64,000 nucleotides of DNA from positions 3,072,001 to 3,136,000 of the forward strand of contig CM000155.2 in NCBI GenBank assembly GCA_000004695.1, read 5' to 3'. The translations under genes and the position numbers were made by a program. Below are positions 31,860-49,800 of this stretch, piece after piece. The notes beneath the pieces are model-generated. The model did not search any database. It was given only the letters and a program-made list of their open reading frames with translations, and was not told where the DNA came from. Positions within the stretch are counted from its first letter, which is position 1. Every line of letters starts with the position of its first letter. The stretch is from Dictyostelium discoideum (Eukaryota).

Positions 31860-32640
31860 ATTTGCACTTGGTCAATTAATTAATGCTGAAAATTCTAATC
31901 TCAATATTACATATTGTAATTGGATGAATATTAATACACTTGGCGGTGCTATCAGTGTTGTTGATACAAATGTAACAATTGAAAATTCAACATTTGATTC
32001 ATTGTTTTCACAATTGGGTCCATCTTTTTTTAGCCAATTTAATGATAATCCAAATGTAACATCATCATTCAATATTACTAATTGTGTAACTGAAATTAAT
32101 TATGAGAAATATTTATATCTAGTGCAAATAGGTTAGATACTCCAATAAGTTTTATTAATAATAGTGTATTCTATAATAACAGTAAGCAATACAACTCTGT
32201 AATAAATATCTTTTCATCTCCAATTAGTATTAATGATTGTTAATTTTATTCTGATGTTAATCATTGTGGTAGCTTTTTCAGTATTTACGACTCATTCTTA
32301 ATTATTACAAATTCAACATTAATAAGTTTACTTGATCAAGTAAATTGGTTATCAGAGTATCAATCAATTGATTATAACACCTTAACTTTTTCAAACTCTA
32401 CTGTTTTATTCGATAGTTGTACCTTTGGTAATGATTACACTAGTATTGGCTGTTCTCTCTCATCCAATGTTACATTTATCAATTCAATAAATTTTGATCC
32501 ATTTTATTCTTGTGCAAACTGTAATCATTTAATTGTTGACTCCAATTTAATTCGTGATAGTAAAAGTGTTACAACCTCAACACTGATCCATCATGATAGT
32601 AGTAACTCTTTAAAATTAATTCCAAACATTCATTCAATTA
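31860..32640 (+). pseudogene. Coding-like N-glycosylation-site-rich segment with a hydrophobic C-terminus, interrupted by in-frame stops and a frameshift. Probable pseudogene, or an unresolved multi-exon gene.
   Basis: Begins after a ttttAG acceptor at about 31858. Reads DVSFALGQLINAENSNLNITYCNWMNINTLGGAISVVDTNVTIENSTFDSLF...ITNCVTEI, then a TAG stop, then ...STLISLLDQVNWLSEYQSIDYNTLTFSNSTVLFDSCTFGNDYTSIGCSLSSNVTFINS...LIPNIHSIIIFILLITTIIVS*, with a further TAA stop and frame change in between. Confidence 0.3.
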
Positions 32641-32857
32641 TTATTTTTATCTTATTGATAACAACAATAATAGTCTCTTAATATATTTTTTAATTTAAAT
32701 TAAATAAATCAAGTGATTTTTAAAAGGGTACCTTTAAAAATAATGGAAATTATTTTCACACAAAAAAAAAAAAAAAAAAAAAAAAAATTTTGATTTTTTT
32801 AATTTATTTTTATTTTTTTTTTTTTTTATTTTTATTTTTCACTAAAACAATTTAAAG

Positions 32858-33430
32858 ATGACAATCAAATTAGCAGCAGTTACAGGTACCTATATGGGTA
32901 TTTTAGGTGGTTATTATTTATATTTAACTTTAAATGTAGTAAAGGAAAGACAAAAGGCTAATATTGCAATTGGTGATGGTACAAGTGCAATCATTCAACA
33001 ATTGATTGATGGTAAAAATGAAACAATTGATCACTCTCGTTATCAACCACTTGGTATGTTTTTTAATTTTAATTAATTTAAATTTTTTTTTTTTTTTTTT
33101 TAATTTCCAATTTTTAATGTATTTAATTAATTTATTTTTTTTAATAGTAATTGCAATTAGAGCTCATGGTAATTTTAATGAATATATTCCTTTAATTGGT
33201 GTACTTTCATTAATAAATGAACTCCATGGTGCACCATCTGGTTTAATACACCTTGTTCTTGGTTCATTCACTCTTGCTCGTATTGCCCATGTTCATGGAT
33301 TAAAAGAAAAACATTCAATAGGTTTAGGACGTAAAGTTGGTGCAGTTTCAACTTTCTTAACTTTAGGTCTTGCTTCTGTTGGTTCATTCTATTTCTCAAA
33401 TAAGGAATCTATCCATTCATTAATTGGTAG

Positions 33431-33434
<4 letters not shown>
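32858..33434 (+). CDS. MAPEG/YecN-like membrane protein, divergent copy 4. Two exons: 32858..33053, 33148..33434.
   Basis: MTIKLAAVTGTYMGILGGYYLYLTLNVVKERQKANIAIGDGTSAI...RYQPL/VIAIRAHGNFNEYIPLIGVLSLINELHGAPSG...FTLARIAHVHGL. GTATGT donor; intron is at the homologous position. Confidence 0.7.
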
Positions 33435-33466
<32 letters not shown>

Positions 33467-33808
33467 AGTAATAAAATTATATATCAAGATTTGTAAAAAT
33501 AAAAAAAAAAAATAACATAAATTTATATAAAAAATATGTTATTTTTTTTTTTTTGAGTGTTCTATTAAATTCATATTAAAAATAAATAAAATTTAAATCA
33601 TTGTCAATAAAAAAAAAAATGAAATTATTTTTTTTTTTTTTTTTAAAATGTCAAATGTGTTTTTGTCGGTGTTTATATATTTTTTTTATATATTTTTTGA
33701 AACACTTGAGTTTTTATTTTTTTTTTTTTTTTTTTTGGATTTGTTTTTTTTTTTTTTTTTTTTTGGATAGTCCCATTGCTGCAAATATCTTATCCCCAGA
33801 TTAATTTT

Positions 33809-33859
<51 letters not shown>

Positions 33860-34015
33860 CATTTTTTTTTTTTCATTTTAAAAATTTTATAATAACAATC
33901 TAACTCCATCGAATTTTTTTTTTTTTATCAATGTTTTTTGGGTTTATGATTTTTTAAAATTTTTTTTTCCCTCATATCAAATTTAATATTTTATTGTTAT
34001 TACTAAACAATCTCT

Positions 34016-34051
<36 letters not shown>

Positions 34052-34174
34052 CTTTTTGTTATATTTATATAAAATCATATCAAAAAACCCCCACCACCCT
34101 TTTATATATAAAAAATACTTCACTCCACTCTCAACACACACAAACCAAAGTGAGATAATACGATCCACACGATA

Positions 34175-34212
<38 letters not shown>

Positions 34213-34574
34213 ATTAAAAAAAAATAAATAAACACTTCTCATTTTCAATTTATTTATTTATTCAATTTTTTTTATTATTATTTATTTATTATTTATTTAT
34301 TTATTTTTAATTTTTTTTTTTTTTTAATTTTACCCCCACTACCCTCTTTTTTTTTTTTTTTTTTTTTTTCTCATATATAATTTTTTCAACACATTACACA
34401 CACACACTAATAATATATCAATTTCGAAACAAAAATAATAGAAACATATAAAAATAGAAATTGATAGGAAAAAAAATATAAAAAAAAAATAAAAAAAAAA
34501 GTTTAAAGAGTTAACAATTTATTATATATAGAAAGAAGAGAGAGAAAATTTTATAAAAAAAGATATAATTGGCA

Positions 34575-37048
34575 ATGGATTTCTATGAACAAAGTTCACA
34601 GTTTTCATTACCACCACCACCAATAATGTCAGAATTACCACCACCACCATCATCATCAACAATGTCGGATCTTCCATTACCAATGCCTGACATTTCTACA
34701 TTACCACCACCAATGTTTGATAATAATAATAGTAGTAGTAGTACAAATTCAGAGGGTATAGACCCATCGTCATTACCACCACCATCAATGGTTGACCTAC
34801 CTCCAATTCCATCAGGTTGGAATGAATGTGATGGAACTGAATTAATACCAGAGATAGATCCATCTGTTAGATTAAATGCAATCATTGTAATTCAATCATC
34901 TTGGAGAGCATTCAGAGAGAGAAGACAATATAAACTATTTTTAAAGGCTGTGGTTATAGTTCAAAAAGTATACAGAGGTTTTTTAGCTAGAAAGCTCTAT
35001 AAAAAATTATATGAAGAATCGCGTTGGTTAAGAGAAACACCACCTCCAACTGGTCCTGCTTTACAAATTGTATGTATATAAATTATTATTATTATTCATA
35101 TTTTATTATTATTATTATTATTATTATTTATTAATACATTTTAATTCTTTAAAATTTAAAAAAGATTAAAAAAGCAAGAGGTGCAGGTGGTAGATCTAGA
35201 CCAACTAGAGGACATAAAGTAGCAACAAAAGAAATTGAAAATTGTACAAATAATAATAATAATGATGAAAATAATAATAATAATACTGATGAAAATGGTG
35301 AAGGTGGTGGTGAGGGTAACGAGTCATCATCAACCGATAAACCAAAATTAGTAATGATGGGTACAGGTATGGTAATTCCAAAATTCGATCCATCTTCAAT
35401 CATGTTAAAAAGAGCACCAAAAGAAGGTAGACATAGTATTGCTTCTTTTGATTCTTTAACAATTAAATCAAAAAGTGCAGAGAATGAGGGTGGTTCATCA
35501 AGTGAACCAAATTCACCATTTGCATTAAGAAAAACTGTAAATAGACCACCTATTCAACAACAACCACCACCACCAGATTCATCACCTGTCTCTTCTTTTT
35601 CACCTTCAAATCTTAGAAAGACAGCTGTAATTAATTCTTCACTACCTCCAATCAATGATCATGATTCACCTTCAAAATTACCACCATTTGTATTAAAGAA
35701 AGCACCATCAACAAATCAATTAAGTTCAAGTGAAGGTTTACCACCTCCACCACCATCATTATCTTCATATGGTGATTTACCACCACCTCCACCACCACCA
35801 TCATTCACATCATTTGGTGATTTCCCACCACCACCACCACCATCAATTTCAGATTTACCACCACCAATTAATTTTAATACAAAACCACCAACACAACCTC
35901 CACCACCAATTCCAAAACAAATGTCACAATCAAATTTACCACCACCACCAATTAATTTTAATACAAAACCACCAACTATTTCAGCTACAGATATTCCATT
36001 ACCTTCAATTGATTTACCACCTATTAGACAACCATCACTTCCATACCATGTATCATCACCAAATCTTCCAACACCACCAAGTTTTAATGCGAAAACAGTG
36101 TCACCAAATTTCCCACCACCAAGATTAACAACTGATAATGTACCACCACCAAGAGTACAAAATGATAATCATAATTTACCACCTCCACCTCAAATTGTAA
36201 ATTTACCACCAATTAATTTTAATAATTCAAATTTACCACCACCACCACCAACATCCTCATCAATGGGAATACCTAATAATTTACCATCACCAATTAATTT
36301 ACCATCACCAATTAATTTACCATCACCAATTAATTTACCACCACCAATTACAGCAAATCAACCACAACCAAATCTATATAATAAACCACCACCAAAATTA
36401 CCATCTCAATCAAATTTATCATTACCAAATAATTTACCACCACCAATTACAGCAACAAAGATATTGAAACCAGGTTGGGAAGTATTTACAACACAAGAAG
36501 GTAAAAAATATTTTTCTAATAGATCTCAAAATTTAACTACTTGGAATGAAAATGATGCATATGATACAACTGTTTCAACACAATCATCATCTCTACCACC
36601 ACCTCCTTCACCATCATCAAATGATTGGGAAGAACTAATGACAAAAGATGGTAAAAAGTATTATTACAATAGAGCAACCAATGTTACAAAATGGGATAAA
36701 CCAATTTCAAATCCAACTTCAGAGATTAGTAATTCACAATCTCATATACCAAATCAATCATTAAATCAATCACCAGTTCAACAATCACAACAACAACAAA
36801 AAACCCAACCATCACCATCATCATCAAAAAAGAAAGAACACCACAAAGAGGTTATTTCACAAAATCCTGAAGAAAAGAAAAGAATTGGTGGTATACTTTC
36901 ATTATTTTTGAAAAAACGTCCAAATAAAACTGATTTAGTCTCAAAAAATATTTTGGTTGATGATGGTACTACTGCTTCAACTTCATCTTCATCCTCATCT
37001 TCTTCTTCTTCAAGTAAATCAAGTAAATCAAAGTCGAAAAAGAAATAA
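34575..37048 (+). CDS. IQ-motif and double-WW-domain proline-rich protein. Two exons: 34575..35069, 35165..37048.
   Basis: IQ-like motifs IIVIQSSWRAFRERRQYKLFLKAVVIVQKVYRGFLARKLYKKL. Many PPPP(P) tracts (LPPPPPPPSFTSFGDFPPPPPPS...). Two WW domains (GWEVFTTQEGKKYFSNRSQNLTTWNENDAY and DWEELMTKDGKKYYYNRATNVTKWDKP). Basic Ser-rich C-terminus. The intron (GTATGT...AG) keeps the frame. Confidence 0.7.
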
Positions 37049-37283
37049 TTTTATATATATATACATTTTTTTTTAAAAAAATAAAAAAAAAAAAAAAAAA
37101 TATAAAAGAACAGATAAATAAAAACAAATTTATTAAAAAGCTATATATATTTATTTATTTATATAAACAAAAAAAAAAACAAAATAAAATTAAAGAATTA
37201 TCTTTTTTTTTTTTTTTTTTAATTATTTATTATTTATTTATTTAACTATTTTATTATTTTTTATTTTTTTTTTTTTAAAAAAA

Positions 37284-39374
37284 TTAAAAATTTAAATTAT
37301 TAATTTTTAATTGATTATTTAAATGATCTAATTGATTATTTGATTTAATGATTCCATTTTCACAATAATATTTAATTATATTTGTTTTGTTTTTATTAAT
37401 TGCAGATGATATTAAATCATTTGTAATTTTGAATTGAAATGGATAAAATTTTAAAAAGAGATCACACATTAAAATATCACCTCTAATGAAAGATTCAGTA
37501 AAGAAATTTATAGATGATTTTGAAATCTCTTCAAATGATGGAACAAAGAAATTGTAATAATGGGTAAACAAGTATTTGACAGTTTCCAATTGAATAAGAT
37601 CGAAATGAAAAGAATATTTCCCTTGAAAATGATAATAGTTTTGAAAGATTGCTTTGATTGCATCGACATTACCACTTGAAAAAATTAAATGAAACCAAGA
37701 GATAATCTCACCAACTGATAGAATATTATCTTTTTTAAATGTTGATTGAAATCTTTTGAGATTGAATTGTTTTAAAAGTAAATCACATCTAAATCCATTT
37801 GAAACCAAAGTTGTCCATAATTTCCATTCATTTCCAGTGTAATAATTATCTAAATAATATTGAATCTCTACATTGAATAGATGATTACAATTTAAATCTG
37901 AAACCAAATAAAATAAATCCTGAGACATTGACCAAACTGAACTCTTTCTATCAACACCAAAGGTGTCGTGAGTGCATTGTTTCATAAGTTCTAATAAGAG
38001 TGAATCAAAATTATCATCATCATCACCATCATCACTATTAAAAATAAAATCAAAAGTTAGCTTTCGATAATCTAAAATGATTCCAGATTTTAAATGGCCA
38101 GAGTTGTTTATATATCTACCAATCAAAACTTCACCATCGAATAATTGATTACTACCACGATCATAGTCATTTCTTTGGTCAGATTCTTCAAATTTTCTTT
38201 TTCTTGCAAAACCTTGGGTTTCTCTTTTCAATAAATATCTTATTAAAAATGGTGATTTAATTGCAAGATACCAAAATGTGTGACATAAACTATGATTGAT
38301 TATAATGGCATGATCTGATAATAATTTACGAACATTTTGAATAATTTCTAATTTTATACCATCGATATTCAATAATAATTGATAAAGATTATTAACAGTG
38401 ATTGAGGTTTGTTTATGATTATCAATATTAATTTCATTTATAAAATTTTGAATTAAATTTATAATTTCATTAATATCATATCTTGAAATTGATAATTCTA
38501 ATAAAGAATCAAAATAATAATTTGGTACTATTTTACTCTTAATTTCATCTAATGATAATTTATGATTTTCTAAAATTTTTAAAATTAAATCTTTATAATC
38601 AATTTCTATAAATTTATTAATTTTATTGTTATTATTATTATTATTATCGTTATCATTATCACCACTAATATAATAATTAAAATTATTATTATTAATTTCA
38701 TATCTTTTAAATTTAATATAATTTATTAAAATTTCTTTTGATTGATTTGATAAAGTTGATGATGAATTTGAATTTAGTATTAAATCTAGTAATATTATCA
38801 ATGAGTTATTATTATTTTGAGTTCTAATTACAAATTCTAAGGTTGATTGATAAATTGGTATTGGATATGATAAATCATTTAGAAATATTTTAAACATTTC
38901 TTTTATGCCATTGTTTTTGAAATCTATTTGAGTGTTAATAGCAAATTTTGAAATTAAAAATAATAAAATATCATCTATGAAACCATTACATTGTACTTTT
39001 TTAATTTTAAATAATAAAATTATAACTTGCTTTTCAATGATTGATAATTCACCTGAATTCATTGATGTTTTTATTAGGTTGATTATAAATGTTTCTAAAC
39101 TTTTTAAATTGATATCTATGTATTCATTAGCCATTAATTTACATTTTAATAAATAGAGTTGGTTCTTAATCATCCAATCCATTGATGTAATATCTTTAAA
39201 TTTAATTATCTCCCTTGCTTTATAGTTTTTATAATTTGAAATCAATTCATTGTAAACAATTTTTACTTTTTCATATTTTATATTATTCATTATATATTTA
39301 AATAAAAATATATTATTAAAAACTTTCCAAAATAATTGTTCATTTTTTTCTATATTTTTATTATTATTATTCAT
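37284..39374 (-). CDS. Hypothetical protein, 696 aa, single ORF, Asn/Ile/Leu-rich. No recognisable domain.
   Basis: Long uninterrupted minus-strand ORF with amoeba-typical codon usage and a poly-N/D internal tract. No motif recognised. Confidence 0.5.
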   Translation of the reverse strand: MNNNNKNIEKNEQLFWKVFNNIFLFKYIMNNIKYEKVKIVYNELISNYKNYKAREIIKFKDITSMDWMIKNQLYLLKCKLMANEYIDINLKSLETFIINLIKTSMNSGELSIIEKQVIILLFKIKKVQCNGFIDDILLFLISKFAINTQIDFKNNGIKEMFKIFLNDLSYPIPIYQSTLEFVIRTQNNNNSLIILLDLILNSNSSSTLSNQSKEILINYIKFKRYEINNNNFNYYISGDNDNDNNNNNNNKINKFIEIDYKDLILKILENHKLSLDEIKSKIVPNYYFDSLLELSISRYDINEIINLIQNFINEINIDNHKQTSITVNNLYQLLLNIDGIKLEIIQNVRKLLSDHAIIINHSLCHTFWYLAIKSPFLIRYLLKRETQGFARKRKFEESDQRNDYDRGSNQLFDGEVLIGRYINNSGHLKSGIILDYRKLTFDFIFNSDDGDDDDNFDSLLLELMKQCTHDTFGVDRKSSVWSMSQDLFYLVSDLNCNHLFNVEIQYYLDNYYTGNEWKLWTTLVSNGFRCDLLLKQFNLKRFQSTFKKDNILSVGEIISWFHLIFSSGNVDAIKAIFQNYYHFQGKYSFHFDLIQLETVKYLFTHYYNFFVPSFEEISKSSINFFTESFIRGDILMCDLFLKFYPFQFKITNDLISSAINKNKTNIIKYYCENGIIKSNNQLDHLNNQLKINNLNF

Positions 39375-39596
39375 TTATTTTGAATGGATGATCATTTAAA
39401 ATTAAAAAAAAAAAAAAACTAAAAAATTCAATGAAAAAAAAAAAAAAAAAGTAAAAAAAAAAAAGTATAATAAATTAATATTAATTTTTTTAATTTAACC
39501 ACATTTAAAACAAAAAAAGTAATAAACATTATTAATTGTTTAATAAAAAAAAATAATAATGATAAAAAAGTAATAAACATTATTAATTGTTTAATG

Positions 39597-39627
<31 letters not shown>

Positions 39628-39919
39628 AAAATAAATATATAAATTACACAATTGAATAAAATGTTAGAAAATAAAATATTTAATGAAATAGGTAAATTCA
39701 ATATAAAAAAACAAAAATAAAATATTTTCTTATTTTTTAGTTTTATTTTTTATTTTTAATATTTCAAATAATTATACTTTGAATTTCATAATAGAAAATG
39801 AGTTTTTTTTTTTTTAATAGTTTTATAATTACCCATTTTATCTTTTTTTTAATATTTTGGGGTGGTATTTAAAAAAAAAATATTTAATAATTAAAAATTT
39901 TTAAATTTCTTTTATTTAT

Positions 39920-41240
39920 TTAATCTTTTCTTAATTTGTGATAGTGAAGTCTTATTGACATTTTATAATGTGGAGGTATTAAAATTAAAATAACCAAAAC
40001 AAAAATAATTACAAAAAAAACATAACCAATTACAATACCAGCTATTTGAGATTTTGATAAAGATGATGAAGATGATGATGTGCATATTGAATTATCAGAA
40101 TTTGAAGAAGCTGGATTTGAATTTAATAATACAGAAAAGTCTGGATCAATTTCAATTTTTGATTTATATAAAGGTATTTGAATAGCGACAAATGATAATT
40201 TTTTACTTGAGGTTGTATTATTTAATTTTTCATTCTGATTGAAATCTGTTAAAACTTTATTACTAATTGTTTGTACTATTCCATTATCGATAATTGCTCT
40301 TTTTAAAAATCTCAAAAGAAAACAAAATTCACCAACTTGGAGTCCAAAATAATTAAAATTATCATTAAAACCAAATTGTTCACTTGAACAAATGTCATCA
40401 GTTTTTGAAGTTTCAATAAAACTTTTAAATATTAATTCAAATGTATTTAAAGAAGTTGAGAATGGATAATGACCAATTGTTTTTGTGTATTTTAAACATG
40501 ATGGATTTATAGTAAAGTTTTCACCTGCAAATGTTATTTGAGTTTCTTTTTCAAACCATTCGGCTACTACTGTTATTGTTGATACTTGATTAGCACCTTT
40601 TTTAATTTTTGTATTATAAATTACATTGTACTTGAAATGGGTGTGGAGATCCAATCATTATCATTAAAATAATGAATATTTTCAATTGAATTATTGAAAT
40701 TAATTTCACGTATTGCAACAATAGAAACCATTGTATAATTATCATTGCGTTTGAGCTATAAACTATACTATTTTCTACCTGTATATTATAATTATCAATT
40801 ATTGAAACAGTTGATTGAGACCCAAAATGTTTACCTATTATTGTTATGAATGAAACTCCACTTGAAATTAGTGAGATGGTATCAATTGAATTTGATTTCT
40901 TTAATAGAGGTTCATTATTATTTAAGAATTACTTTCACCACTACTGTATGAGTTTGATATTAAATTTTCAATATATGGTAAAGTAATAGTTTGATTGGTT
41001 GAAATATAACTTTTGAAACAGCTATATCCAAATCATAAGCTGAATAACCATTGAAATTGAATGAAGTATCGACAATTCCAAAAACTGATACTATAAAACC
41101 TTTACTTGAACTGAATCCATATGGAATAGAACAGAGTGCTTCATATTGTGCAAAAATGGTTAAATTCGTAGATGGGCCAAATCCCTTTCCTTTTAATTCA
41201 GTATTACATTCAATATTTGTTTTTTTTGATCTTAAAAAAA
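39920..41240 (-). pseudogene. Truncated, decayed copy of the C-terminal half of the neighbouring giant IPT/EGF/TM gene family (see 41521..46191). Pseudogene.
   Basis: 39920..40654 encodes the family's last roughly 240 aa including the TM and tail (NVIYNTKIKKGANQVSTITVVAEWFEKETQITFAG...IPPHYKMSIRLHYHKLRKD). 40655..41240 still aligns at nucleotide level with 42230..42310 and 42650..43150 of the intact gene, but has an internal deletion of the EGF/Ser-Thr linker and frame disruptions. No N-terminal exons. Confidence 0.65.
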
Positions 41241-41520
41241 AAAAAATATAAAAATAGATAATTTATCTTATTTTTTTTATTTTTTTTTATTTTTTTTTTT
41301 TTATTTATTTATTTTTTTAATTTTTTCAACTAACTCTTTTTTTCATAATTTTGAATTAAGGTAAGAATACAATGAAGATACTGAAGAATATAAACACTTG
41401 AAATATATTTATGTTTATTACTTTTTAATTTTTAACAAAATGGATAATTTACAAAAAAAGTAATGGACATTGTTTAAAAAAAAAAAAAAAATTTTAATAA
41501 TTTTAATTTCATTTATTTAT

Positions 41521-46191
<4,671 letters not shown>

Positions 46192-46268
46192 TGTCTTTTA
46201 AAAAAATTTCTTTTCTTTTCTTTAATTTTTTACTTTTTTTTTCTTTTTTTCTTTTTTTTTTTTTTTTT

Positions 46269-46299
<31 letters not shown>

Positions 46300-46774
46300 T
46301 CTTTACTTTTATTTTCTTTTTTTTTTTCAATTTTATTTTCGTCTTTTTTTTTTTTTTTTCATAAAAAATATAAAAATTAAAAAAAATTAAAAATAGATAT
46401 TTTCTCTTGATTTTTTTTAAAATCATCTCTCTCACAGCCCAAAAAATTAATTTCTTAAAAAATGAAAAAAAAAAGTTAAAAGTAATTTTGTGCTGGTTTT
46501 ATTTTTTATTTTTTATGCGGTCATTTCTACCAGAAGCTCAAGATATTTTCATCCAGATAACCCATTTGTTTATGTTTTGATTGGTTCAAAAAATTATCAA
46601 GAAGCTAAAAATTTGTGTTTGGAAATATCAAAAAATAAAAAAAGTTAAATATCTTTGAAAAAAAAAAATAATAAAAGATTAAAAATTATTATTTATTTTT
46701 ATAAAAAGAGGGAAAAGATATTATCTATTTTTTATTTATATTTTTATTTGTTTTTTTATTTTTTTATTTTTTTT

Positions 46775-46796
46775 ATTTATTTATTTATTTGTTTGT

Positions 46797-46843
<47 letters not shown>

Positions 46844-46845
46844 TT
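46775..46845. repeat. (TTTA)n microsatellite between giant paralogs A and B. A similar (TTTA)n lies at 31601..31648.
   Basis: tttatttatttattt... runs visible. Confidence 0.9.
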
Positions 46846-46865
46846 ATAATAAATAAATTCTTTTT

Positions 46866-49800
46866 TTAATTTTTTCTGCTAACTCTTTTTTTCATTTTAA
46901 AAAGGAAAATTCTAAAAGATAATTTTGAATTTGAAGGTAATAAGATTAAAATAATTAAAATTAAAATTATAAAGAAAACTATAGAACCAATTACAATACC
47001 AGCTATTTGAGGTTTTGATAAAGATGATGAAGACGACGATGTGCATATAGAATTATCAGAATTTGAAGAAGCTGGATTTGAATTTAATAATACAGAAAAG
47101 TCTGGATCTAACTCTATATTAATATTATAGAAAGGTATTTGAATAGCGACAAACGATAATTTTTTACTTGAGGTTGTACTATTTAATTTTTCATTCTGAT
47201 TGAAATCTGTTAAAACTTTATTACTAATTGTACGTACTACATTATCAATATTTGCTCTTTTTAAATATTTTGAAAGAAAACTAAATTCACCAACTTGAAG
47301 TTCTAAATAATTTGAATGATCATTTAAACCAAATTGTTCACTTGAACAAATGTCATCAGTTTTTGAAGTTTCAATAAAATTTTTAAATATTAATTCCAAT
47401 GTATTTAAAGATGTTGAGAATGGATAATGATCAATTGATATTGAATATTTTAAACTTGATGGATTTATAGTAAATTTATCACCTGCAAACGTAATTTGAG
47501 TTTCTTTTTCAAACCATTCAGCTATCACTGTTATATTTGATACTTGATTAGCACCTTTTTTAATTTTAGAACTATATGAAAATTTTGTACTTGAAATATT
47601 TTTAAAATCCCAAATATCAAAATAATGAATATTTTCAATTGAATTATTAAAATTAATTTCACGTATTGCAACTATTGAAATTATAGTATTAAGTTTAATA
47701 TCACCATTATTGCCAACAATTGGAATTTCATTTTTAATATCTGGTGATGTTAAATTTGTTATAGGTTGAGGTATTTTAACAATCTCTGATAAACAATCAA
47801 ATCCACTATATGGTGAGATACATTGACATCCAATATTTTCAATACATTTACCTCTATTCAATCCACCACAACTATTTAAACATACTACTTTTGGTGTTGG
47901 TGTTATTAGTGTTGGTATTGATGGTGTTGAAGTAGGTGTTGTGGTTGAAGTTGGTGTTGAGGTTGGTGTTGAAGTTGGTGTTGAATCAGATGAAGAAGTT
48001 GAAGAATCAGGTAAAACAGTGATTTCAACAATATTGGATAGAGTTTGAGTAATTTCATCTTTTATATAAACATATAATTTTTCAGAATTAAATGATTCAA
48101 CTTTATTTATTAAAATAACATTTGAACTGAAAATTAAATTATTTTGAACAAGAGAATTTGAACTATCATTAATAAAAATTTTAGGATCAGAACCAAAACT
48201 ATTACCACTTATTGTTATTAAACCACCACTACTTGAGATTGATGTAAAACTTTCAATAAATGGTGTTTTGGTTTGTATAATTGGTGATATAATACTAGTG
48301 AAACCTAAATTTTCTAAATCAAATGATGAAAAACCACCAAGATTAAAAGAAGTATCAACAATTCCAAATACTGATGCCACAATCATATTACCATTACTAT
48401 CACCACCACCAAATCCATATGGTACTAAACAAGTTGCTGTATAATTTGCTGAAAATATCAAAAGGGAAGTATCCCATTGGAAACCATTTAATTTAGTTTC
48501 ACATTCTATACTTGTTAATTCTAAATCTAATAAATCATTTATGTAATATTCTAAAAATACAACTGGTTTATGAGTGTCATATAATAAACCAAAACTATCG
48601 GTAACTTGAAATTCAAACGATAAATCCCTATTATGTGAATATGAATCAATATTTAGAGTTGATGGTTTAAAAATTGAAAGAGTTGGTTGAGTTGCATCTG
48701 GTGTAAAATCTGGAGTATTAACTTTAAAAGTTAAAAAACTCATACTAGTTGAATCTATACTATATATTGGTGATAATAAATTTACACCTGATTCTTTATT
48801 AAAATTAAAATTATCTTCAATTATTTGAGATTTGTGACCTGAATTATCAATTAAAATTATATTTTCAAATGTAAAAGTTTGTCCTTGAATGGTTGGTTTC
48901 ACAAGGAATTTAATATTATATTGACCTATAAATTTATCACCACTTATTAAATCAAGTTCAGGTGTAAAATAAAATTCTAAAGGAATTGGATCCTTATCAC
49001 CAATAATTCTAAAATATGCAGATTTCAAACCATTAATTCTATCTTCAATTGTAACTGTCCAACCTACCATTAAATCTTTGGTTCCATTACATGTAAATTC
49101 ATTACCATTGACAGGTTCAATCGATTGGAAATAAGATATATTTTTAATAATTGGTGGCATTTCATCACAATCTGTTGAGGTTACACTTAAATTTGCAGCA
49201 TTACCAAATAATGAATAAAAGTAATCCATTGTATAACTAACGCTATCTACTTTAATAATATATGGCAAACTACCAGAACATTTACGAGGTGGAATTACAA
49301 ATTGAATTTTAAAAACATTTTCATTTTTGTCTTTTAAATATTGACCGACTTCAAGATCCATTGGATTAATTAATGAATCTCCATAAATTGGATCTAATAA
49401 ATAAAATGAGATTGGTATATCGTATGCTGAATCAATATAATCGAAATATAAAGTTTGTAAAAATCCATAATCAACATTTACATTTTGTGCTTCAAATTCA
49501 AATTTACTAACTGATAAAACTTGACTTCCACCATTAATACTATTATTAAAAGCATTTATATATGGGATTTCTTTTAAAGGATTTAATGAATAATATGTAT
49601 CATATATTTTGAATTGACCACCTGTAGTCATAATTAAAATTGGTGTTTTTTCAAAAGTAACAATGATAACTTTTTCATAATAACCATCACCTATTGTTCC
49701 ATTGACTAAATCCTTTTGAGTTATAATGTTACCACAATATTTCAACCATGATAAAACACCAGCACCTGCTTTTGAAATGATCCTAACTTGAAGAACTGCT

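Noticed and set aside
38932-39156. Plus-strand 74-aa ORF inside the 37284..39374 gene
   Set aside because: Antisense overlap with a 696-aa continuous ORF. Short and low-complexity.
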